From the NCBI GenBank assembly GCA_900321105.1, contig OOHL01000003.1, forward strand, positions 17,516 through 81,515: DNA of 64,000 nucleotides. The letters run 5' to 3'. Source of the DNA: an uncultured Pseudomonadota bacterium (lineage in GTDB: Bacteria; Pseudomonadota; Alphaproteobacteria; Rs-D84). The notes below the pieces were generated by a model. The model searched no databases, was not told where the DNA came from, and saw only the letters and a list, made by a program, of their open reading frames with translations. A program made the position numbers and the translations under genes. Positions 19,857-28,361 of this stretch are shown one piece after another; within the stretch, counting starts at the first letter, position 1, and each line of letters begins with the position of its first letter.

Positions 19857-22355
19857 ATGAAAAAAGTATTGCATTTTGGGTTGGTTTTTGGATTGTTTGC
19901 GGCTTTTGTTGGTGCGACAGATTCTTTCGCTGCGACAAAAAAAAGTTCGTCAAAAAAACAATCTGCGATTCAAGTTGGAACCAAGGTTCGTGCCAAAGTC
20001 GAAGCGACAGGAATTTATGACGAAGAATGTTATAATAAATATTTTGGTTGTATGGATCAATTCTGTATCGCAGATAATGAAAACGGCGGAACATGTATGT
20101 GCAGTGATGATGCCGCAAAATACGATGAACAGCTGGAATCAATCAAAAAAACTTTAGCAGAAGCAGAACGTATAGGTACCGAAGAAGTTGAAAGAATTCA
20201 AGCTGGTGCAAATGCAGACATCATATTCAATGGTGGTGAACGTATTTATAACGATGATGGTTCTATTGTAAAGGCTGGTGAAAAGAAGAAAGATACAATT
20301 ACATGGTCTTCTATATACGATATGGAAGATGATGAAGAATATGATGACGAATGGGCAGATATTGATTTGTCTGACAAAGTCGGCAGGGAATTATACACAT
20401 CTGCACATCAATTATGCCGTGAACAAATGCCAGATTCTTGCAACAAAGATATGACGCTTTTGACGCAAATGTATTCGCGTCAAATCATTTCTGATTGCAA
20501 GGGGTTGGCAAATTCTATTGCACAAAAGAAACAGGAAGCAGATTCTATGTTAGCAAAAGCAAGAGCTGCGGTTCGTGGTGCATTAAAGGAAAGTTTCGAA
20601 GAATCTAATAAATATGATCGTGGAACATGTATGGTTGAATATAAACATTGTATGCAAAGTGCAGATGCTTGCGGTTCTGATTGGAGTAATTGTGTATTTA
20701 CAATAGCATCCGAGAATATGCAAAACAATGAGGCAACCAGTGTTGCTGGAACAAAAGTTAGTACAGTTAACATATATGATATTACAGCATCCACAATGGA
20801 AATATTAGAATCAAAACGTTTTATCTGTGAAAAAGTTTTAGACAGTTGTGTCGCGGTTCGTGACTATGTCTGGAACGATTTCTTGCGTGAAGCAGCACCA
20901 ACAATACGATTGGCAGAACAAAATGTAGAATCACAAAAACGTCAATCTTGTTTGTCTGATATTTCGAATTGTATCCAAAAGGCATGTAAAGATGATATAG
21001 CAGGTAAGGGCGTTGACACAATGGATGCGTGCCTTGCACGTCCAAGTATGGCACGTTCATTCTGCAAGATTCAAATTGAACCATGCGAAAGAATGGAACC
21101 ACAAATTTGGGATTATGTGGTAAGTAAATTGGCGGCAATGCGCGTTGATGCATGTACCGCGGAAGTAAAAGAATGTTTTACATCCGAAGACAGATGTGGC
21201 AAAGATTTTTCAAATTGTATTGGTATGGATTTCAATTATATACACGATATCTGTCCAATTGATAAATTGGTTGTATGTAAACAAGCAAACCCAGATTTCA
21301 AAATGTCAGATTTGGATTCTATGTTGATGGGATTATATTTGAACATAGATAACAAGGCTTTGGAAAATTGTCAAAATCTGGCTGAACAAAAAATGACAGA
21401 ATTATGTGGTTCGACAACTGATTGTAATTCGTTTGCCGCCGATGAATTTATCGGGACCAGTTCCGTTAAATCACAAAAAGACGGAACGACATATCGTGTG
21501 ACCGGTATGATATCTTTCGGTTCAATTAAAATGGGTGATGCCACAGGTTCTGTAACAGATGGTGGACGCGTTTTGGCACCTGGTGAAATCGGGGTCGCTG
21601 ATTATATCAAATCGGTAAAAGCTAAAAATGTAAATGTTCCAAATGCCGAAGCAATAATCACATCTATCGAAGAAGAATTGAATAATATTGCCGGTACAAT
21701 TAACAGGACTGTATCTTTCTTGGAATCAGATCAACAAATATCTTATTGTATCAATGGGCGTGATTTATCACAAATAAACGGCAAGGGTTCAGAAAATAAC
21801 GCAACGGTTGCGCGTTTCCCTAATTTATTGAATCAATATCGTGTTATGATTGGTATGGCCGCTTTACGTAAAGCACAAGACAATTATAATAAAAAAGTTA
21901 ATGATGCGATTGCTGATGCAACCAAAAATGCATCCGCAGACGTTGCACAATATATGTGTCAAAAAATTGCAGATTCCAGAACATCACGCAGTTCGGGAAA
22001 TGAAATTGTTGAACAGACACCTTTGACAACGCCGTTCTCTATATCATACGAAGTGGGGGCTGGTTTGAATACGGCGACATTATTAAAGGGTGGGTCTGGC
22101 ACATCAAATAACACAATGGCTGGTAAATTTAAAAACAGTGGTTATCTGGGCGGTTCATCAGCATCTGGTTTAGGTGGTGTTATGAAAGATGTGACGGCAA
22201 CATTTGATCGTGAATCAAGAAATTGTCATGTTTGCACAACATTAACCACACAATCTTGTAAAACAACGGGGTCAACATCTTGGTTCCATAACAGCAGAAA
22301 CCAATCTTGTGAGACTAAGACGGCAGACCCGTATTGTGAAGATATCAAAATGTAA
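19857..22355 (+). CDS. Secreted cysteine-rich family protein (832 aa), closest in-window paralog of 1252..4002
   Basis: Signal peptide; CMDQFC..GTCMCS, NKYDRGTC, VWNDFLREAAP, KLAAMRVDAC, YCINGR, FPNL, TATFD..CHVC; GGAG SD. Confidence 0.9.
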   Translation: MKKVLHFGLVFGLFAAFVGATDSFAATKKSSSKKQSAIQVGTKVRAKVEATGIYDEECYNKYFGCMDQFCIADNENGGTCMCSDDAAKYDEQLESIKKTLAEAERIGTEEVERIQAGANADIIFNGGERIYNDDGSIVKAGEKKKDTITWSSIYDMEDDEEYDDEWADIDLSDKVGRELYTSAHQLCREQMPDSCNKDMTLLTQMYSRQIISDCKGLANSIAQKKQEADSMLAKARAAVRGALKESFEESNKYDRGTCMVEYKHCMQSADACGSDWSNCVFTIASENMQNNEATSVAGTKVSTVNIYDITASTMEILESKRFICEKVLDSCVAVRDYVWNDFLREAAPTIRLAEQNVESQKRQSCLSDISNCIQKACKDDIAGKGVDTMDACLARPSMARSFCKIQIEPCERMEPQIWDYVVSKLAAMRVDACTAEVKECFTSEDRCGKDFSNCIGMDFNYIHDICPIDKLVVCKQANPDFKMSDLDSMLMGLYLNIDNKALENCQNLAEQKMTELCGSTTDCNSFAADEFIGTSSVKSQKDGTTYRVTGMISFGSIKMGDATGSVTDGGRVLAPGEIGVADYIKSVKAKNVNVPNAEAIITSIEEELNNIAGTINRTVSFLESDQQISYCINGRDLSQINGKGSENNATVARFPNLLNQYRVMIGMAALRKAQDNYNKKVNDAIADATKNASADVAQYMCQKIADSRTSRSSGNEIVEQTPLTTPFSISYEVGAGLNTATLLKGGSGTSNNTMAGKFKNSGYLGGSSASGLGGVMKDVTATFDRESRNCHVCTTLTTQSCKTTGSTSWFHNSRNQSCETKTADPYCEDIKM

Positions 22356-22358
22356 ATT

Positions 22359-22383
22359 AAACCACCCAAATGGGTGGTTTTTT
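22359..22383 (+). terminator. Intrinsic terminator
   Basis: AAACCACCCA-aa-TGGGTGGTTT followed by Ts. Confidence 0.8.
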
Positions 22384-22468
22384 ATTGGTAATCGTTCCTA
22401 GATATTTTTATCTGTCCATTTGTTATAATTAAGGCATGGAAAACAAAATAACAAATGGAGAAAAAATC

Positions 22469-22822
22469 ATGAAAAAAATATCTGTGTTGGCATTGATTGC
22501 GTTTTTACCAATTTGTTCATCTTTTACAGCAAGTGCCAAAAATATGAACAACAATATGAATAATCAACCTGCTGTTTGGTCTGTGACTGAGGTTGTATCT
22601 TTACCAGATGATACACCGGTTGTAATGCGTGGTCGTATTACAAAAAATATGGGCAACAATATTTTTGTTTTTGAAGATGCGTCTGGAACAATTATGTTGG
22701 AAATAGACGAAGCAGATTGGAATGGAAACACCGTTCGTGTCGACGATATTGTGACTGTCTATGGCAGCGTTGACAAGGGTACTAACTATACCGAAGTTGA
22801 TGTTGATTCAATTGTAAAATAA
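22469..22822 (+). CDS. YgiW/YdeI-like bacterial OB-fold (BOF) periplasmic protein
   Basis: Signal peptide; DDTPVVMRGRI..FVFEDASGTI.LEID...W...V.VYGSVDK pattern; GGAG SD before 22469. Confidence 0.85.
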   Translation: MKKISVLALIAFLPICSSFTASAKNMNNNMNNQPAVWSVTEVVSLPDDTPVVMRGRITKNMGNNIFVFEDASGTIMLEIDEADWNGNTVRVDDIVTVYGSVDKGTNYTEVDVDSIVK

Positions 22823-22846
22823 AATGCCCATTTGGGCATTTTTTTT
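22821..22846 (+). terminator. Intrinsic terminator
   Basis: AAAATGCCCA-tt-TGGGCATTTT plus T tract. Confidence 0.75.
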
Positions 22847-22897
22847 ATTGCTTTGTTCTTTTTTTTATGTGTTTTTTGTGGTATAATTTATTCCATA

Positions 22898-23884
22898 ATG
22901 AAACTGATAAAATCTTTGTTTTCAATTGCTGTTATGTTGTGCACAATTCCATCATTTGCGAATTGGCAATCAAACGGTTATTACATAAATGACAGTTATT
23001 ACAGCGATGATGGTTCCCGATTTGTTGTTGGTTTGCGCGGCGGTGTATCTTTTGCCAGTGCAAAGATGAAAAATGATGTTGGTTCTTTAGATGCAGAATA
23101 TTGGGTCAGCACAACAACAGGTCAGGTTATATCAGATTTAAGATACGATTTAGCTGGTGGTGCAGAGACTTTGCCCGATTTTGTATACGCAGGTACCGGT
23201 AATATTGGAACATTACCAGTAAAGGAAAAATTTTCGAAAACAATATTTACAGCCGGTGCCAGTGTTGGGTTTACTGTGCCTAATTATTCCCAGTGGCGTC
23301 TAGAGGCCGGATATGATTATATTTCCGAAACTAATTATAACCAGGTACCATTGTTTGAAGGTGAAATGCAATTATCTGGTGGCGTTATTGGTGATGCGGT
23401 TGCGCATGTTTCAAGTACTGGTGCGACAGCAACGATTTCAACAGACATTATTTCTGTAATGGCTTATTATGATTTTTTTGAAGGCAATCAAAAGCAATTA
23501 AATACCTTGATTCCATACGTTGGATTTGGACTTGGTTATGCCAGTTCGCGTACCACATTAAAATTAGCAGATATATATGGTGATTTGACTTTGGATTCAG
23601 ATTTACAAAATTACGGGACGATTGAAAATGATGTCTTGCAATTTGAACCGCCGACCGATAAATCTAAATATCCAACTTCAAATAACATTGCTGTAATCGG
23701 CGCGTTGGGTGTTTCGTACGGGATAAGCGAATATACTTTCTTGGATTTTAGTGCACGTCTTATGTATGTCCCAACAATTAAATGGGAATTAACAAATTCA
23801 GATGGAACACAACATCGTGAATGGTTCAGTGCAGATAATATGTTATACACCAATTTGATGGTTGGTTTGCGTTTTGAATTTTAA
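22898..23884 (+). CDS. Outer-membrane beta-barrel protein (Opa/OmpW/surface-antigen-like) with large loops
   Basis: Signal peptide, amphipathic strands (WRLEAGYDY, AYYDF, PYVGFGLGY, GVSYGI) and C-terminal GLRFEF BAM signal. Confidence 0.8.
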   Translation: MKLIKSLFSIAVMLCTIPSFANWQSNGYYINDSYYSDDGSRFVVGLRGGVSFASAKMKNDVGSLDAEYWVSTTTGQVISDLRYDLAGGAETLPDFVYAGTGNIGTLPVKEKFSKTIFTAGASVGFTVPNYSQWRLEAGYDYISETNYNQVPLFEGEMQLSGGVIGDAVAHVSSTGATATISTDIISVMAYYDFFEGNQKQLNTLIPYVGFGLGYASSRTTLKLADIYGDLTLDSDLQNYGTIENDVLQFEPPTDKSKYPTSNNIAVIGALGVSYGISEYTFLDFSARLMYVPTIKWELTNSDGTQHREWFSADNMLYTNLMVGLRFEF

Positions 23885-23885
23885 T

Positions 23886-24968
23886 TTACGGTTCATTAAA
23901 TAAACGTGCCGGATCAACAGATTTATCGCCACGGCGAACTTCCAAATACATTTCATTTCTGTTTTCACTCATGCGACCTATTGGTTCGCCAGCCAAAACT
24001 TCCTGGCCAACCATTGCATCAATAGAACCCATATTTGTCATAACTGTATTATACCCATTTTTATGTGACATAATTACAACCTTGCCAAAGCCGCGGAAAG
24101 AATCTGCAAATTTTATAACACCATCTGCGGGGGCCATAACCAATGCATCACCGCGCGTGCGTATGCGCCATCCGTCAGATTTTAAACCCAATGCAGTTTT
24201 TTCACCATATCTGACGACCAATTTTCCACGAACAGGAACATTTAACTTTCGTTTAGAAAATTTGGCATCATCCGACATTTTTGAAGAGCCAACCCCGGCG
24301 GACAATTCAGAAATATTTTTAGCACGCGCCGATAATTGTTTAAGTTTATCTTGCAATGCAATTTGTTGATTTTTTAATTTTTCATTTTGTGCACTGCGTG
24401 TTTTTAATAATTTATCCAATTCTTTTTTTTCAGATGTGTATTTTTTTGCACTGCGATCCAGTTTTTCTTTTTCAATAATGCGTTTGTCATGAATTTGATC
24501 CAGTTCTTTTAATTTTTGTGTGGCATCCATTATTTGTTCGTCAAATTTATCAGATGCCGCAGCCAATATAACCGAAGTCAAAACATAATCATGCATTGTA
24601 GAAACATCAAAATTTGGATTAGATGCAATAAATAATATACTGGATGTGGCATCTGTTATGCCGTCATAACTGTGTGCCAATTCAGCATTTATTTTATCGC
24701 GCTGTTTATCCAATTCGGCGATGCGTTTTGACAAGGCGCCACGTTGTTCTTCCAAATTGCTAACTTTATCAGCAGCCTTGACCAACTGTTTTTTTGTTTG
24801 TTCGACATCTTTAGATGATGTTTTTAATTGCTGTTCAATTTTTTTGTTTTGAATTTCTGTTTCTTTTATCTGGTTTTGTATTTTTGCTAATTCATTATTT
24901 GCACCAAATGCGGGCAGGGCAATACCGCACAAAAAAGAACCGTAAAAAAGAAATCTTGATTTATACAT
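23886..24968 (-). CDS. envC: EnvC-like murein hydrolase activator (coiled coil plus degenerate M23 domain)
   Basis: Signal peptide, long coiled coil, PVRG..YG..DG..APADG..FRGFGKVVI.H..YLEVR..VDP lacking the Zn ligands; start corrected to 24968. Confidence 0.85.
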   Translation of the reverse strand: MYKSRFLFYGSFLCGIALPAFGANNELAKIQNQIKETEIQNKKIEQQLKTSSKDVEQTKKQLVKAADKVSNLEEQRGALSKRIAELDKQRDKINAELAHSYDGITDATSSILFIASNPNFDVSTMHDYVLTSVILAAASDKFDEQIMDATQKLKELDQIHDKRIIEKEKLDRSAKKYTSEKKELDKLLKTRSAQNEKLKNQQIALQDKLKQLSARAKNISELSAGVGSSKMSDDAKFSKRKLNVPVRGKLVVRYGEKTALGLKSDGWRIRTRGDALVMAPADGVIKFADSFRGFGKVVIMSHKNGYNTVMTNMGSIDAMVGQEVLAGEPIGRMSENRNEMYLEVRRGDKSVDPARLFNEP

Positions 24969-24975
24969 CACGCAT

Positions 24976-25004
24976 ATTTTACCAAAATGAAGAAAAAATG
25001 TAAA
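24976..25004 (-). promoter_or_regulatory. Sigma70-type promoter, probably leaderless (envC-like gene)
   Basis: TTTACA-17nt-TAAAAT-7nt-ATG(24968) on the minus strand. Confidence 0.65.
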
Positions 25005-25028
25005 TGTTGGATTTTTTTGTAAAATCTG

Positions 25029-25056
25029 TTGACAAAACAAAAAATATGTCTATAAT
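25029..25056 (+). promoter_or_regulatory. Consensus sigma70 promoter, probably leaderless (kinase gene)
   Basis: TTGACA-16nt-TATAAT-7nt-ATG(25064). Confidence 0.75.
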
Positions 25057-25063
25057 ATATAGT

Positions 25064-25984
25064 ATGAAAACAGAAATACAGGCTCCTCATGGACGTGAAA
25101 CATATATCGCCGATTTTGGCGATGGGCTTGTTATGAAACGTCCGTTACCGGAATTTTCACAGGTCGAAAAAGATAAATGGTTGGCAAAACAACATCGAAC
25201 CAAAGATGTTATTGATGAAATTAACGCGGTCAATAACCCTGTATATAGTATTCCTTATATGTTGCACATCAAGGATGATGAATATCAATTGTTGGAAGAA
25301 CGTGCACCAGGTGTACCTTTGACTTCGGATTTATATAAAAGTTTAACTGGTCGTCAACGTTATGAAATTGTAACAAGCCTTGCGCATTTTTTGGTTGATA
25401 TGAATGAATTAAAAACTGTCAAAGAAGAAACTGTGCACAGAATGTCCAACGAATTAAAAATGCAAAAATTGCAGAATATTATCGGCAATAAAATGCCAAA
25501 ATGGTTTGATTTGGGCAGTGTGAAATATGTATCAAAAGTAATAGAGCGCGTTCATGATTTTGAATACGTAACAAGAAAAGCATGGTCGCATTGTGATTTG
25601 AATTCGGGGAATGTTTTGTATGATGCAGAAGCAAGCAGGTTGTATTTGATTGATTTTGCCGAATCAGACTACAACTTTATCTTTCGTGACATTTTTTCAC
25701 CATTGGCTGTTGATTTAGATATTTGTGAACCAATATATGAAGAATATTTCAAATTACATGATGAAGACAAATATCTTATCTATAGTCCAAACAGCCCAGA
25801 ATTACAAAACATTATGAAGTATCGTAAGATAACTGTTTTATTAAAACGTTTCACAAAAGCAGGGGATGATTTAAGACTGAATCCACAATCTGAAAAAACA
25901 AAACAGAATAATATTGAAAAGATTGAGTTTATGAAAGATTTAATAGCAAGAATACGATATATTGAAAAACAATTAACAAAATAA
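25064..25984 (+). CDS. Aminoglycoside phosphotransferase/choline kinase-like (APH/ChoK) protein
   Basis: VMKR lysine, EERAPG, catalytic HCDLNSGNVL and LIDFAE motifs. Confidence 0.8.
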   Translation: MKTEIQAPHGRETYIADFGDGLVMKRPLPEFSQVEKDKWLAKQHRTKDVIDEINAVNNPVYSIPYMLHIKDDEYQLLEERAPGVPLTSDLYKSLTGRQRYEIVTSLAHFLVDMNELKTVKEETVHRMSNELKMQKLQNIIGNKMPKWFDLGSVKYVSKVIERVHDFEYVTRKAWSHCDLNSGNVLYDAEASRLYLIDFAESDYNFIFRDIFSPLAVDLDICEPIYEEYFKLHDEDKYLIYSPNSPELQNIMKYRKITVLLKRFTKAGDDLRLNPQSEKTKQNNIEKIEFMKDLIARIRYIEKQLTK

Positions 25985-26007
25985 AAAATGCCAAAATGGC
26001 ATTTTTT
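25983..26007. terminator. Bidirectional intrinsic terminator
   Basis: AAAAAATGCC-aaaat-GGCATTTTTT between the convergent kinase and Fic genes. Confidence 0.75.
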
Positions 26008-26011
26008 ATTT

Positions 26012-26755
26012 TTAACGAATTTTTGATGTTTGTAATTGCTGTATTATTTTATTTTGTGAAGAATACATCGCGCCCATCATATATTTATAATATTTTTTTG
26101 TGTCGCCTTTGGCCATATCCATAAGAGAAGATGGGTATAATTCTTTGTCTGTTTTTCTGGTAAAAGCAATTGGTCTGTATCCTTGTTCCAATAACAACCA
26201 ATTCATAACCATTCTGGCGGTACGTTTGTTGTAATCATCGAAAGGTTGTAAAACTATCATTTTATAATGTGCATCAAATGCACGAATAACAGGGTGTTTG
26301 TTGGTGCATTTGGATTCATAAATGATATTTTCCAATGCGTTTTCTATTTCCATAGGTATATTTGTTTTTCTTATTACACCGGGACGAATAAAAGTGTCGT
26401 TTATTTTGATGTTGTGTTCATTGCATATTAAATAATGAATATTGCATACTTCTTGGAATGTTAATTCCGCCTTTTTTGTTGTTTGTTCAAGAATATAATC
26501 ATATGCCAATCCCAGACCACGTGTACAGCTGTGGTCAAAATAAGGTTTTTGTTCTTTTGTTGGCATAAAAAACAATGTTTTAGGTTCTGAAAAAGATATT
26601 TCTTGGCGTAACCAATCAAAATTATTCAAACGTCTAGTACAAGAACCTGATAGCATTTTTGATATCAAAGATTTGTTTTGTTCAATGCGCGCAATAAGCC
26701 CCGGGGATGTTTCCGGATGTTTTCTTAAAGAACGATGTTTTTTATTTTTGGTCAT
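26012..26755 (-). CDS. Fic/Doc-family protein with non-canonical motif
   Basis: IHYLI, PGVIR, HPVIRAFDAHY, QPFDDYNKRTARMVMNWLL..GY; AAGGTG SD before 26755. Confidence 0.85.
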   Translation of the reverse strand: MTKNKKHRSLRKHPETSPGLIARIEQNKSLISKMLSGSCTRRLNNFDWLRQEISFSEPKTLFFMPTKEQKPYFDHSCTRGLGLAYDYILEQTTKKAELTFQEVCNIHYLICNEHNIKINDTFIRPGVIRKTNIPMEIENALENIIYESKCTNKHPVIRAFDAHYKMIVLQPFDDYNKRTARMVMNWLLLEQGYRPIAFTRKTDKELYPSSLMDMAKGDTKKYYKYMMGAMYSSQNKIIQQLQTSKIR

Positions 26756-26894
26756 GGATGTGCACCTTGTTTTTATATAAAATAGCACAAAAAACAAGTT
26801 TGTCAATCTTTTGTGGAAGAAAAAACAGTTAAAAATCGTGTTGCGCTGGATTCCTTTTTTTATTATGATTTCCCAAAAAGGAAAGGATATTCAG

Positions 26895-28346
26895 ATGAAA
26901 AAATTATTGTTGGTTTTGGCATTGATAACCCCATTTGTCTGTGATGCGGCACCAAAGAAAGAAAAAAAGGAAGAACCCGTTGTTCATTTGACTGATGAAC
27001 AAATATACGATGAATTAAAAAAATTAGCCTTGGTTTTTGAAACTGCGCGCGACAAATTTGTCGAAGAAGCCGATGAACGCAAAATGCTGGAAGGTGCGAT
27101 GAATGGAATGTTGGCGGCGTTGGATCCACATTCTTCGTATTTATCTGCGGACGATTTCAAAGAATTTAATGATAAATCACACGGTGAATTTGGTGGTCTG
27201 GGAATTCAGATAACCAGTGACAAGGGCGCCATCCGTGTAATTTCACCGATTGATGATACCCCTGCGGCCAAGGCAGGAATAGAGGCTGGTGATTATATTA
27301 CGCATATTGATGGTGAACAGGTTTTTGATATGAATTTGAATCAAGCCGTAAAAAAGATGAAAGGTAAACCTGGCACAACTGTAAAATTAACCGTTGTTCA
27401 TGATGGAAATGAACCGAAAGTGATGACACTTAAACGTGCCATTATCAAAGTCAAATCTATCAAGTTCAGTGAAAAATCAGATGCCGCGGCGATGGATGAT
27501 GAAAAATTGCCAAAGATAGGTTATTTGCGTGTTTCTGATTTTGGTGCGACAACAACAAAAGAATTAAAAGATGCAATCAAAGATTTAGAAAAGAAAAATG
27601 TTGCCGGATATGTTCTTGATTTGCGTAATAATCCTGGTGGCTATTTAACTGCTGCGGTGGATATGGCGGATGCCTTTTTGGATAGTGGTGAAATTGTATC
27701 AACGCGCGGCAAGGAAAAATCAGATATTGAACGTATGTTTGCGAAATCCGGGGATTTAATAAACGGAAAACCAATTGTTGTTTTGATAAATCATGGTTCA
27801 GCATCGGCATCTGAAATTGTTGCGGGCGCATTGCAAGATAATGGTCGTGCGATTGTTATGGGTTCGCAAAGTTTCGGCAAAGGATCTGTGCAACAACAAA
27901 AACCTTTGGGTGATGGTTCGGCGATACATATAACTATTGCGCGTTATTACACGCCAAGTGGTCGTTCAATTCAAAACGAAGGTATTACGCCAGATATAGA
28001 AGTTTTGCAGAGTAAGATTGAAACAATCGAAAAAAAAGAGGCGTTGTTTACCGAGGCTACATTTAACAATTCCTTGAAAAACGATGCGTCAGATAAAAAA
28101 GATAAATCGTCCAAGAAAAAAGATCCTAAAAAATCAAGTAAATCAGATGATGACGATGACGAAGATTATCTAAGTTTGTCTGATGAAGAAAAAGATGCGC
28201 GTGATTACCAATTGCAACGTGCAATGGATATGGTGCGCGCTTTGTCAAAGGTCGGAAAAAAGAATCTGGAAAAAGTTGAAGAAGTATCAGACGAAAAATC
28301 TGACGAGAAAAAATCAGACGAAAAAAAATCTGATTCAAAAAAATAA
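26895..28346 (+). CDS. ctpA: Carboxyl-terminal processing protease (S41A, PDZ)
   Basis: LDPHSSY, GGLGI PDZ loop, DLRNNPGG, SASASEI, SFGKGSVQ, RYYTPSG; low-complexity K/D/S tail. Confidence 0.92.
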   Translation: MKKLLLVLALITPFVCDAAPKKEKKEEPVVHLTDEQIYDELKKLALVFETARDKFVEEADERKMLEGAMNGMLAALDPHSSYLSADDFKEFNDKSHGEFGGLGIQITSDKGAIRVISPIDDTPAAKAGIEAGDYITHIDGEQVFDMNLNQAVKKMKGKPGTTVKLTVVHDGNEPKVMTLKRAIIKVKSIKFSEKSDAAAMDDEKLPKIGYLRVSDFGATTTKELKDAIKDLEKKNVAGYVLDLRNNPGGYLTAAVDMADAFLDSGEIVSTRGKEKSDIERMFAKSGDLINGKPIVVLINHGSASASEIVAGALQDNGRAIVMGSQSFGKGSVQQQKPLGDGSAIHITIARYYTPSGRSIQNEGITPDIEVLQSKIETIEKKEALFTEATFNNSLKNDASDKKDKSSKKKDPKKSSKSDDDDDEDYLSLSDEEKDARDYQLQRAMDMVRALSKVGKKNLEKVEEVSDEKSDEKKSDEKKSDSKK

Positions 28347-28361
28347 ACTGGCGGGGAAAAG

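Noticed and set aside
1252-22355. Multiheme cytochrome or Fe-S interpretation of the Cys-rich proteins
   Set aside because: No repeated CxxCH motifs or ferredoxin CxxCxxCxxxC spacing; signal peptides favour disulfides.
25064-25984. Bona fide aminoglycoside resistance gene
   Set aside because: Only the generic APH/ChoK fold motifs are recognisable; substrate cannot be assigned from sequence.
28285-28343. SDEKK repeats at the ctpA C-terminus
   Set aside because: Short, degenerate low-complexity tail with no evidence of a separate element.
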